Below the pieces are notes generated by a model that made no database searches, was not told the origin of the DNA, and worked only from the letters and a program-made list of their open reading frames with translations. A stretch of 63,888 bases of DNA, counting the filler, from Octopus bimaculoides (taxonomy: Eukaryota): NCBI RefSeq assembly GCF_001194135.2. It is 7 parts of 5 records of this genome, joined end to end, with 100 filler letters (N's around TTAATTAATTAA, not from the genome) between each part and the next. Parts side by side here need not be neighbours in the genome. Positions count along the whole stretch, not along the records: positions 49,207 to 57,371 come from NC_068983.1; positions 57,472 to 62,583 come from NC_068981.1; positions 62,684 to 63,888 come from NW_026295991.1; 4 more parts are not named here. One strand, given 5' to 3'. Within the stretch, counting starts at the first letter, position 1; every line of letters begins with the position of its first letter. Below, in pieces: positions 52,005 to 63,888 of this stretch. Position numbers and translations under genes: made by a program.

Positions 52005-52200
52005 TTAACTTTGTCATTATCAACCTCAGTCTTATCAACGTCAGTCTCAAATTCTTCATCGTAAGTTTGGCCATAGATTCTGTGTTCTTCAATGCTAACT
52101 GCTGGGACTTTAAGTCTGTCGGTCTCTGCTATCAGTTCGCCTTGTCTCTAGTGTGAGTTTATCGTGCGAGTGTTGAAGGAGGCTAGAAGAATGACTTGTC
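52005..52200 (-). mobile_element. Degenerate N-terminus of a LINE APE endonuclease
   Basis: Minus strand LLASFNTRTINSH*RQGELIAETDRLKVPAVSIEEHRI resembles APE motifs I-II (xFNxRTL...EL....I..QEHR) of RTE-type ORFs. Confidence 0.5.
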
Positions 52201-52716
52201 AAAGGTGGATCTGAGAGTAAGTCGGTCTTTGCTGTTTCTTTTAGTATACTCTTCTAAAAGACCCGCATGAGTTTCCTAGGTTTGAGGCAGGCATTGTTAA
52301 ACCGGATTACGTCTTAGCCGAGATTGAAGTGAGCAGTATGATTTTCAGTGGAGTTATTGTGGCAACAGTCTTAGACCAGGTGTGCAGTTCGCCAACGTAC
52401 ATACAGCATGCTATTACAAGACATCACTCTCGTGGATAGCTGTTGGGTCACAATAAGCTCACCCATCTTTTGGCAGGTTTTATTTTTAGATCTGTAGAGT
52501 GCCCACTACACTTTTCTCACCTGGATCGACAGGGTAGGGGATCCGGTTTTTTTGCCAAACACTGGACCATGAAACGAGTATTTTTGTGTTACATTGTACC
52601 AGAAGCAGGTTTTGATTTAGATTCAAGATTGAATATGGTACTTATGTGTAGGCACCAGAATATCGTATGGTATGGTATTATACAAAAAAACCATTCCAAA
52701 AGGATAGGTGATCAAA

Positions 52717-54694
52717 AAATCAAAATAAGCAACACGGATTTCAAAGATGATTGCAGTACGCACGTTTCATGCTACTCCATTTATTTAAGTAATGCGATCA
52801 TTACATTAAATGCAATATGAAGAGCAATCTTCAGCTGCAAGAAAATGCAGAAAATTACAGTAGAATAGACATATTATAATTGTGGCAACATTTCAAATCC
52901 AAGTGGGAGAAAGAATACATATAAATCCAAGTGGGAGGAAGAATACATAAATCCATCTTGACATAGCCGAGTCTATCAGGCTAGTAATTGATTCTAGACA
53001 AAAGTTCTGTCTCTGATTTTATTGTCTCTTATCTAGTGGTGATAGCATAAGGGACAATTACTTCTAAGGAAAGGGAAGGTGTAAGCAGTATGCATGAACA
53101 TGGCTATAAAATGTATTAGATTATAAAGGTTTCCCTGGTCAGAGTAGTATCAGGTCATTTTACTACTTTCAAAATGTTGAGGAATTAAAACCCTAGGTAT
53201 ATGGGTCAAATAGGTTTTTTTCTTTTAGTCTGAATAGAGTATCAGTATAGTTATACAGATAACAATATTAGTTTAACCAATATTTTCACAATAAGAGGTA
53301 TGTTAATAAAATAAATAAAATGAGATGTAATTATTTTATACAAAAATCATGAAATAATGTCAGTATTGAATTCAGGGGCTATAGATAGGGTGTAAAGTTT
53401 AAGGATATTAAGTATATTGGGTTCATGAAAACTATTTTGGATTATCTTAAAAAAATTATAGCTGAAAATAAAATAATGAAACTATTTAGGAGACACATAG
53501 GTAAGCTTTATTTTTATAATGTGAATAAAAATTATTATCGGATTTATATTAGTTTATAATAATGTGTTTACTAAGGTTTAAGGGACTGAAAAAAGAAAAA
53601 GACGTTAGGAAATAACAAGGATGTTCAATACAAGAATCTGATGATTGATTAAGAGTTTCATTATTCATGAATTTGTTTCAATGTTAACTTGGGCTAATTA
53701 AAGAATATTAATTGAATAAGGATTCGATTAATTTAGGGCATAAGGATTATAATTATTTAAGTTAAAAATACAAAATAAAACAAGACAACTAATGCTGTAG
53801 TAACAGCAACAATAAAGATACTTTTAAAGTCAAGCGTTAAATAAAGTAAAAAACTTATGAGAATTTCCTATTCTTATAAGCTAGATAGGGTTAAGATACA
53901 TATTGAGAAAACTAGCAGCAATAGCAGAAGTGGTGTGAAAAAAATCCTCCATGGAGTAAAGTTGAAATCATATTTATGACAAGTAGATTAAATGTTTAGG
54001 TGAGAGATCAGGAATATATGTTATAAAGGTTCAATTTCCAATTTAAAAATATGTGCTAATTGATAGTCCTAGATGACCATGGTAGAAGTTAAAGTACTAT
54101 AATTTGATAACTTTAGCTACTTTATAGAAAACTATTTAAAAAAAAATTTAAAAGTGCGAGTAGAGCAGTGTACACATGATACCCTAAGGTCTAATCTATT
54201 ATTGATTAGATTAGGATTATTTCTAAGTTTAAAAATTTCATATATTTCCATAGAACACAATTCACATCCATATCTATTATTTCTATAAGGTTGAGCTTTT
54301 CTTATAATTTCCCATTTAAGGCTAAAATTAATACCATTATCTTTTAACTCCCAAATTTTACTTGCCAATGTCGTATTATTTGCCTTATGTCTAAGTCTAA
54401 ACGAGGACCTATGGTTATATATTCTCTGTTTCAGGTTAATACTACATCCTATATAAATATAATTCTCGGTTATTGTACTAATGATGCATCTGTTCACTAC
54501 GTTACGGGTGCAACAAAATCCAAATAAAGGACAATGGGACTTTTTTCTACAGTTGCACATTTTCTGCATTTTCGTGCTGCTGAAGATTGCTCTTCATATT
54601 GCATTTAATGTAATGCTCGCATTACTTAAATAAATGGAGTAGCATGAAACGTGCGTACTGCAATCATCTTTGAAATCCTTGTTGCTTATTTTGA

Positions 54695-54697
<3 letters not shown>
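52717..54697 (-). mobile_element. ~1.98-kb cassette bounded by 139-bp inverted repeats and carrying a GIY-YIG ORF
   Basis: 52717-52855 and 54559-54697 are reverse complements with 4 mismatches; ORF 54132-54569 lies inside. Confidence 0.75.
54132..54569 (-). CDS. Penelope-type GIY-YIG endonuclease domain (145 aa, no stop or frameshift)
   Basis: CNCR....CPL.G.C...VV.RC, YIYIG, KQR..NH..SF, T.LA..IW.LK, W.II, CELC..E...I, LIN.R.DL...C.H match the PLE C-terminal endonuclease pattern; the first-motif Tyr is Asn (AAC). Confidence 0.85.
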   Translation of the reverse strand: MQKMCNCRKKSHCPLFGFCCTRNVVNRCIISTITENYIYIGCSINLKQRIYNHRSSFRLRHKANNTTLASKIWELKDNGINFSLKWEIIRKAQPYRNNRYGCELCSMEIYEIFKLRNNPNLINNRLDLRVSCVHCSTRTFKFFFK

Positions 54698-54725
<28 letters not shown>

Positions 54726-55535
54726 GCTAGTAGAGTGGCAACAATATTTTTATCTAAAATAAATGCTACTTGGTCAAAAGAAATTCAAAAGCAACGAGCA
54801 ATTTTGAACGTGAACGGACCTTTAACAACCAACACCTCAATTATTTTTACTATGAATTTTCCCTCAGTATCTGCACACCATCATCGTTATTTTAGTACAG
54901 ATATTTTATTACAATATTGTCGCCGAAACGAAGAAAGGGTGTATTACGAAAAGCTGTTATTGTCCATTGTTTCGAAATAACCTTTCGAAAAGTTCATTTC
55001 AAGCATGTTGTTATGTGAACGTCAAATGATACCTGAATACTCATTATATCCATTAAGATCCTGTAGGTCATGATCCTGAACTGCAACTAATTGTCATTAT
55101 ATTGCATAATATGTTTACGATTGCAAATATATATGCATAAAGAGAGATTTACTGCATAAATGAAAATGTTAAAATATTCATATTTATGCATATCCATATA
55201 TACATAAATATCTGCACGTACACACGCAAACTTAGACGCATACATGGTATGGAACAAACTATAGTTTTGCATAAATGGACATTATATTGCATTTGGTGTG
55301 AATTAATGTAATTGTTTATTTACATATAGGTATGGTTGCTCAATTATTTAAGTAGTTGTTGTACATGACCATAATGATAATTTTACACACATACATTAAT
55401 GCACGCAACAAACAAATGTACACACATGCATAAACACGCACGCACTTATAGAAATATATGTATGTATGTCCATGTGTGTATGTGTTTATCAAGAATGAAC
55501 TGTTCACTAATTTTAAACCAGTTGCTGCTAATATA

Positions 55536-55926
55536 ACTCTTTACTCTCTTTTACTCTTTTACTTGTTTCAGTCATTTGACTGCAGCCATGCTGGAGCACC
55601 ACATTTAGTCGAGCAAATCGACCCCAGCACTTATTTTTTATAAGCTTAGTACTTATTCTATCGGTCTCTTTTTGCCGAACCGCTAGGTGACGGGGACGTA
55701 AACACACCAGCATCGGTTGTCAAGCGATGGTGGGGGCATAAACACAGACACACACACACACACACACACACACGTATATATATACGAGGGGCTTCTTTTC
55801 AGTTTCCGTCTACCCGACCCGAGGCTATAGTAGAAGACACTTGCTCAAGGTGCCACGCAGTGGGACTGAACCCGGAACCATGTGGTTGGTAAGCAAGCTA
55901 CTTACCACACAGCCACTCCTTCGCCT
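55536..55926 (-). mobile_element. Near full-length tRNA-derived SINE (head, CORE-like segment, internal microsatellite, LINE-like tail)
   Basis: Minus strand: GAGTGGCTGTGTGGTAAG (A box), GGGTTCAGTCCC (B box), GGCACCTTGAGCAAGTGTCTT (CORE-like), (TA)n(TG)n insert, 3' body and (AAAGAGTA)n tail. Confidence 0.88.
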
Positions 55927-57471
55927 ATAAATCCTATAAATTTTGACTCAAATTTAAACTTCACTGAAATTTCTAACGAGAGTAAGACAAACAAGTTCCA
56001 TTCATTGCGATAGAACTGCTTTCCACTTACTAGAATCCTGTAACGTATTGATACTAACGCGTGTCCCGAAACAGCCCATGAAAACTGGCCTTACTCATCA
56101 TTCAATGACAAGCGTTCAAATGACCAGAAATACCTCTTGTGGTTTCCCTCTTCTTGGGAGATGTTGAGACAACATAGGGGCCTCCCACTACCAGTAGGCC
56201 AACCGCATACCTGGACACCAACCCAGGTATTTCCACATCCCCGTGCATACATACACGCATACATACACATGTACACATATTGTTGGATGGCTGTTGACTC
56301 CTCATCAGCTCTTCCACCCTTTGACAGGTCTCATTTTTCGTCCTGATATATATAGTTAAATAAAGTTAAGATATGGTCTGGTTTTCACGTTTTTAATTAT
56401 TGTATCTAAAAATGTTTTTTCTACAATATTGAAATGTATTAAACATTGAAAAAATATTTTGTAATGTTCATAATGTCCAATTAGCGCTTTCATACGTTTG
56501 TAGCAATAATCAGATTTCAAAATGTATTTTACTGACAGTTGAGTTCTTGACAACTGTAATAAAATGACTGACATTTTCCTTTTTATACCTCTTGGAAGGC
56601 TACAACAAGCTGAATTTTTCGGGTACGGTTTTGACCAATCAGCATGCAGCTTAAACCTCACGGTTCGCCGGGTGCACCGATATTACTGGCATAGACCCCA
56701 CCTCTATTTCAACCAATTAACTTGCGGTTCACATGTAATGGTTTTATGAGGGAGCAAACTTAGTTGGTTTCGATCGTTCTTATTTCAATTGGTGGGAGTC
56801 TTCTGTAATTTGCTCTTATTCATATTTTAAAGATATTTTTTAAATCCACATCATTAACTGGCTGTTATATTACTGTTGTTATTTCCGTTCAGAAGAGATT
56901 TGAACATTTTAAAGAAACGTTTTTCTTTTATCTTACTTCCAGCCTCAGTTGTGTCATGTAGTTTGTGGAAAGGAAAAATTAGAAACAGTTTCTGACCACG
57001 TTTCAATATGTTCGCTCACATACATACATAGATACATACATGCATGCATACATACATACATACATACATACATACATACATACATACATACGTACATACA
57101 GATATATATATATATATATAGATATATACATACATATATATATATATATACTTACATATATATACATATACATACATGTGTATATACATACATATATATG
57201 TGAGTAAAAATAAATACAAAAATGGGTTTTGTATGATCGTGTATAGAGGAATATATTATTTTATTTAAAAGAGTTCCAACTGTCTGTTTTTTTATGTTTT
57301 TTATTTATATTCTTGTAAAATTTATGTGGGATATAGAATATGGAATATATAATATATAATATAAAACAAGANNNNNNNNNNNNNNNNNNNNNNNNNNNNN
57401 NNNNNNNNNNNNNNNTTAATTAATTAANNNNNNNNNNNNNNNNNNNNNNNNNNNNNNNNNNNNNNNNNNNN

Positions 57472-57830
57472 TACACCAATGTTAGAACGGGACGACACTG
57501 CATAGTGCCAAAGATCCCAGCAATGCCATCGCGCTTCAGGACCAGTTACTGCAACAGTTTGGGTTTCAGGGGCCCACAGCTTTTTAATATTCTCCCAAAG
57601 AGCCTGAGGAACCTGCACAAAGTAGATGTAGGGGTTTTTAAATCAAAGCTGGACTTCTTCCTGTCGAGAGTCCCAGATAAACCTACCTCGCGGCAGGAGG
57701 TGCAAATGAGGGTTGCTAAATCAAACTCCATTCTTCACCAAGTGCCACAAATTGTAAGAGGCTCCCTGTAATAACAGTGTAACAACACGGCGGTGCATCA
57801 GCATGGCCGCAGCTCTAAGCTGAAACTATA
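57472..57830 (+). mobile_element. CR1-like LINE 3' end with stem-loop tail
   Basis: ORF 57505-57771 ...CNSLGFRGPQLFNILPKSLRNLH..DVGVFKSKLD.FLS.VPD.P; tail GGCGGTGCATCAGCATGGCCGCAG..GCTGAAAC begins 18 nt after the stop. Confidence 0.85.
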
Positions 57831-59199
57831 AAATATATATATATAATGCGTTTTACATCAAATTAACGTTAAAATAATTTCTCAGGTACAACTGCAGCTA
57901 ATCATTGACGAGAAGTATTGTAAACTGCTTCAAATTTTTTGACATTGACATTTATTTCAGGAATGGAAAGAATAGGCTATCCTTCTCAAAAACTTTATGG
58001 CTCGAAAATCATATTGGATTGCATTTAAACAATCTTCTTTATACGATATAACTTTATGCGTATAACTTTCCGTTGTTGGTCGCACTCATTAAATAAATAA
58101 ATGTTTTCTTTCTTTATAAATATGGTCTCAAATAGCAAACACAATCATGTTTATCTTGGTTAACAAGGTCAGGGTATGCGAAGTTCTTAATTATTATAGG
58201 ACCATTAAACAAGTAAACATTTTCATTGTGCGTAGTACATGATATACGCCTGAAGGAATAGATAAAGTATGGCTGCCGAAATCCATCAGATGAAGACATA
58301 ATGTTTAAATAACATGTTCAAGCATAATACAAACGATTTAATTAAAATCTTGTTATTGATCATATATCGATAATTTAACTCCTAACACCTCTTCAAAGTG
58401 TTATGACTACCTAATGATAAGTCATTTGGTCAGTTAATATTACGACTGTATATTATTTCCAGATACACTACGATCTAGAGAAACATGAGTTTCCCAACAA
58501 CTGAATTGAAAGCTGCGTTTTTCTCAGTCGAGTGGTAATTCATTTCTATCTTTTTCTATTTCTATCTTTACATTTTCCCCACCTTTATTTTACTACAGTT
58601 ACTGATATGGAATTTTTGAAAGTACATTTGTTTTGTTTGTATCAGGTGTTATCTGTTTAGGCAAATCCATAAACTTATCAAAGGTTATTGGTTTAGAGAT
58701 ACCTCTCCCTACATATGGGATTCTAATTTTCCGTAGCTATGCAATTCAATAGTTTTAAGGTAGAATTCAGATAGATTGCGAGTCTTCAAAATGCATCAAA
58801 AATCTATAATACACAGGGTCAATGTTGCCTTTTATTCAGTTTAGTGCATATTGATACAAAATAACGGAATGTAAGCCACAGGAAAAGGAGCCATAGGAAT
58901 GTTAACCTATACTTATTACAGTATCTACTCTTTCTTTCCGCTGGACCATGTCAACAGCTTTCAAAACCTACGATTCAAATATATTACAAGGTTTTAGAGG
59001 AGTAAATGAATGGGATATCAAAATATACTGTAAACTGATTTTTATTTCCGTTTGTAGTTATTTTCTTAATCATGAGAAAGATATGAAACAATAAAACGTC
59101 TCACTCCTCCTCCCCATAACGCTGATATCCGGAGCCCATGCAATCAGTATATGCAAGAGACTTCCCCTTTTGTATGAGGCTTTATTAAAAAGAAATAAT

Positions 59200-59290
<91 letters not shown>

Positions 59291-59951
59291 AGAGGCACAG
59301 ATAGATGGGACATCGTCGTGCACATAAAATCCCCAAGGACGATTGCATACGAAGACAAGGTTTTGCAATTAAAACTTCACTTGCCAAAACACGGTCAACT
59401 TTTAAAACATTAAAGCATTATTTGCTAAGACATGGCCAATGACAAAATAAAATGCTAGAATCAAGGGCATCAGCTGCAATTTCAATAGGATGACAGGTTT
59501 TATTGTTTCACAGCTTTATGCTGAAAAGGAAACAGCCAACAAAACTCAGCAAATGTTTGAGGGATTCACTTTAAACACATTCCTACAAGTTGTTTTCACA
59601 AATATCGCATTTAGATCAACTTTAGCTTCCAGCCTTATCTGATGAAAGATGAATGAGATACGTGTTCATATTGAGTTATGTATTTCCTGTAAATACATGC
59701 ATAACTATGAATAAAACTAACATTTGATTATGACGCACATACAAAAGCGTGCGAGAGGACAGGTACATACTTGTGATGTTGCAAGATCATCTTTAATGTT
59801 TTATATATCCTTTATAGTATTATTTGATATTAACTATGCATGTGTACATGTATAGGTATGTATATATATCTACATATGTATGTGTATTTACTTATAAATA
59901 TATACATGCACTCATATACATATATACATATACATTTACAAACACACCAGC

Positions 59952-59988
<37 letters not shown>

Positions 59989-60200
59989 TATGGCCACAGT
60001 CAAATGACTGAAACAAGTAAAATAATATATATATATATATATATATANNNNNNNNNNNNNNNNNNNNNNNNNNNNNNNNNNNNNNNNNNNNNNNNNNNNN
60101 NNNNNNNNNNNNNNNNNNNNNNNATACATATAAAGGCTTACTATGATTTTTTAGGCTTAAACGGGGACGACTGACAAATTGTAGATATCATAGCTATAGG

Positions 60201-62089
60201 AGTGCTATGTCTTTTCGTCCGACGTCACTTCGTCAAACGTCTTTTCGTCCATGTCTTTTGGTCCGACGTCTTTTTGTCCGAGGATTGCTTTTTGTCCAAC
60301 GACTTGTCCAATTTTTAATAAACTCTTTAGAAAACAAAGTGAAGTATCTCTAATGAAGTATCTCTATGACGAGCTTCGTTACAGGAGTGTTATTATCATT
60401 CTTTTTAACAGTTTTACTTTCTCTTTTTCTTCTTCTCTCTTAAGTATGGTGCTGTGTATAGAGAGTGCTGCAGATTTAGTGTACACTTTTTTAATTTGCC
60501 CATCCCGAAATGACAAAGTTCATAGTATCGGCCAAAAGCAAAAGAAATGTAGTTGATGAAAGTTATTACATTTACGATTTTCATTCAAGCAATACAAACC
60601 TAGGAAAAGAATACTAGAGATGTGAGAAAAAAAGGTTGTGTTTAGTGCGAATTCACACGGTAACGGAAAACAATGAGCCGAAAATTATTTATTTTTCTAG
60701 TGAGCATCTTCATCCAGTTGATGTAGATTCGTTAAATGCAAGAAAAGTAGTTGCTGAAGTAAAGCATGAAGCGATAGAAAACATAGTAACAAGTTCGAGT
60801 AGCATAATAGCGGCTAATTTTACGCAGCTAATAAAAAACACTTGCCCTCAACTTCCTCGTTTGTCTGTACTTTCAAGGACTATTCAAAGGTGCCGAAAGA
60901 AATTCTTGATTTCTCGCTAATTCGGGGGCTAGAACTTGTTTTGAAATAACTGAAGAAAATTGTAAATTTGATAACGGCGAACAGTTTCTGATATACGATT
61001 CGGATATCGAAGATCAACAGTGCATAATAGTATTTGCATCAGAAAGTGCTCTTTAGGATATAGCACCCTATCGTCATTGGGCATGTGATGAACCATTCAT
61101 AGTTGTACCAGAACAGTGGTTTCAACTGTTTAGCATTCATGTACAAGTTAAAGGTAACAGTTTTCTACGGGTCTTTGCGTTACTTCTGAATAAAACAAAG
61201 CCGACATACGTGGCAGATTTCGAAGTTGAAGTTTATAGGGCATTTAATTCATCATTCCCTAATTCATCTGTTGGAAATGTTTGTTTCATTTGAGCCCATT
61301 CGAAAAATTGCAGATTTAGGCCTCAAAGAAAAAACAATAAAGACTCTGAATTCTGTCTTAAAATTCGATGTTTTTCAGTATTAGCCTTCCTACCCGTTGA
61401 AAATGTCGAAGAGGCCTATGAAGAATTAATAGACGATGAAGAAATACCTGCTGAATTCACCGCTTACTTCGATTTGACTTATATAGTCGTTGTGAGAGGA
61501 CGTGTTGCTAGGCGAAGGAGAGAACCACTTACATTCTCGATAGCTGTATGAAATGTTAATCAACATATTCTTCAAGCTCTTCCCAGAACAAATAATGTTG
61601 TGGAGGGGTTTTATTCTGCGATAAAGCGTTCGGCAGGTGGAGCACATTTGAATATTTGGAAATTAATCAAAATTCTGAAGGAAGAAGAAGGTAAAATGAC
61701 TCAAATTCCTCGAGGAGATCCGTCGAATTCATGTACACGATATCGAAGAATGCTTCAAAAGATTCGTCATTGAATATGAGTCAACAAAAAAAATTGAACT
61801 TTTGGAGAGTGTGGCATATGATTTGCATCAATTTTAAATGATCATATCATTAGTTACATCTTATTACTTTTTTAAAATGACTTTTTTTAAATACATTTTT
61901 CCACAGTATTTTACTTGAATCATATCAATATAATCCCCAATGATTATTTGATTTGATGTTCACTTTGTTTTCTGAAGAGTTTATTTAAAATTGTACAAGA
62001 AGTCGTTGGACAAAAAAAAGACGTCGGACCAAAAGACTCGGACGAAGTGACGTTGGACAAGGTGACATCGGACGAAAAGTGGGGTCACA
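60201..62089 (+). mobile_element. Full-length Mutator-like element (MULE), 1889 bp, 9-bp TSD
   Basis: AGCTATAGG duplicated at 60192-60200 and 62090-62098; ~120-bp TIRs built of tandem CTTTT(C/G/T)GTCC(G/A)AC-like motifs; encloses a transposase pseudogene. Confidence 0.92.
60510..61837 (+). pseudogene. FLYWCH-domain MULE (DDE) transposase pseudogene
   Basis: YIY...Y*RC....C..RIHT...EHLH (FLYWCH), HWACDEPF.VVP.QWFQL..IH, ALL.NKT..TY, VADFE, CLFH, LAFLP, RTNNVVEGF; multiple stops and frameshifts. Confidence 0.88.
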
Positions 62090-62849
62090 AGCTATAGGTT
62101 CGTAGTAAGAAGAACTTATATAATTTAATTTTACTTATGTGCAATGTGCATCCTTTTTTTTTTCTATAATATGATTCAGGAACTTCAAAATTTTACAGCA
62201 AACTAATGTACCTATTCATTATCTATAAGAAATAAAATCAGAAGTCCATAAACTCTCAGTAAATACTTAACATGTTCTGAATCACAGGAATAAGTCATTT
62301 TTAATCCCGCTCTTTGGTTGTACAATAGCGAATAAGCCTCCAATATTGCTTATAATTTTCACTTTTACCGTTTATGAAATCAGCGTGTGATTTCAACGGA
62401 TTCCTTATAAACTGACAAAACGAACTGAGTTAAACCCTAGGCGCATCGAGAACCACTGATGAGCATTAAAATGCGTAATCCTCGATGACCTGGGTATGTT
62501 CACTGCTATATGGAGCTTACCTCTCTTGTCAGTCATTAAGATAGTACTTTCCGTGGTTATTGTTTTGACTCTTATTTCTAACANNNNNNNNNNNNNNNNN
62601 NNNNNNNNNNNNNNNNNNNNNNNNNNNTTAATTAATTAANNNNNNNNNNNNNNNNNNNNNNNNNNNNNNNNNNNNNNNNNNNNAAAACATTAATGAAAAA
62701 TGTGGCCCCCGTTTTAAAATAGATCCGGATATTCAGTTTACATTTAGGGTTTCTATTAGAATTAGCTTCATGGTCTAAGTTAATAAAGGGGTGGCGTGGG
62801 GGAGATATTGTATCCTATCACTAACTTTAAGATTGTTAGCAATTCTTCT

Positions 62850-63005
62850 TGCCTCCAAATTCATAAAGAACTCGGATACGATCTTCGTGAACTCTGATAA
62901 GACAAAAAACTTATATGCGGTTGATAAGGACGTTTATAAGCGTCTAATTTCGAACAGCATCACAGACACATACAAAAAAGACAATGCAAATTTATACAAA
63001 GAGGT
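62850..63005 (+). mobile_element. Penelope-like RT N-terminal fragment
   Basis: [33 protein letters not shown] resembles the PLE motif xxPADKTxNxYxxxxxxYxxLLxxxITxxYKK; it runs into a (TA)n tract. Confidence 0.65.
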
Positions 63006-63030
63006 GAATTGTATATATATAAATATTATA

Positions 63031-63085
<55 letters not shown>

Positions 63086-63241
63086 ATATATATCTATATA
63101 TATTTGTATATACATATATATATTTATATATGTGTATATATATATGTATATATACATGTATATATATGTGGTGCACCAGCATGACCGCAGCCACTTGGCT
63201 GAAACACATAAATAAATAAATATATATATATATATATATAT

Positions 63242-63296
<55 letters not shown>

Positions 63297-63298
63297 TA

Positions 63299-63888
63299 CA
63301 CTAGCAGTAAACCCCGGTGTTGCCCGGGATTAAGCTAGGATTATTAAGTGATCAAGTGCTTTATTTCAAACCAAAATAAGTAACATCGACATCAGATATG
63401 AGTGAAATCCGTTGAAATTGGTTTGGCTGAAAATGGTTTGCTGGCAATTTGATTGGGAAATCCCATAAGGAATTATTTTATCGGTTATTTCCACTCACTG
63501 ACTGTTTTTTTTTTGTTTTTGTTTTTTTGTAAGTTGCATTAGAGATCTGCATAGGAGAAGATTGATCTGAAGGTTTGCATTGGGGATCTGGATTGGAGTA
63601 ACTTAGGAAACTTAGGAAAACTTACCAACAGCCTTAACCAAAAAAATAAGGGGCCTGTCCCTTCTCGATTAACTCTATGAGCAACTTAGCCAATCACTGA
63701 TATCAGCCGAGGAGACAGGTAAAAGCATGTCTTGTCTTTAGGAAAGAAATGGACAAAAAGGTAGATCCCCTTTCGTCAAGTGTCAGCGACGAGAGAGTCA
63801 AGGAGGAAGAGTGAAAGAGAGAGGGAATGTATGTATACATGCATATATGGGTACAGGACATCAAAAAACGTTAAATACAATGAGAAAC
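63299..63888 (+). mobile_element. Possible Helitron/Helentron-like non-autonomous element terminus
   Basis: ACTAGCAGTAAACCCCGGTGTTGCCCGGGAT (CTAG plus a short GC hairpin CCCGG/CCGGG) directly after a (GATA)n tract; the other end is not in the window. Confidence 0.4.

Noticed and set aside
54575-54640. CTGAAGA...GAAA inside the GIY-YIG cassette repeat as a hammerhead
   Set aside because: No helix II closes the two core strands, and helices I and III are not supportable.
35237-63888. A single multi-gene system linking the PLE RT pieces, GIY-YIG cassette and ribozymes
   Set aside because: The parts lie on different contigs separated by synthetic linkers, so physical linkage cannot be inferred.

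Overview
AT-rich, microsatellite-dense animal genomic DNA. It is most likely octopus/cephalopod; this is inferred from repeat families I recognise and was not verified by a search. The window is not one locus: six identical 100-bp linkers (44 N + TTAATTAATTAA + 44 N) join seven separate segments. No host protein-coding gene can be supported, and nearly all ORF-track entries are microsatellite or N-run artefacts. The window is mostly transposon remains: CR1-like, RTE and R4/Dong LINE fossils, tRNA-derived SINEs that share a 3' stem-loop tail with the CR1-like LINE, mariner and pogo derivatives, a complete MULE with a 9-bp TSD, and Penelope-like (PLE) RT and GIY-YIG pieces. Two signals stand out. 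(1) Seven type-I hammerhead-ribozyme motifs in three families, with very short or palindromic helix III, arranged as tandem and inverted pairs; one copy (44488-44550) has an intact core and covarying stems. (2) A ~2-kb cassette bounded by 139-bp, ~97% identical inverted repeats that carries an uninterrupted stand-alone PLE-type GIY-YIG endonuclease ORF and no reverse transcriptase.
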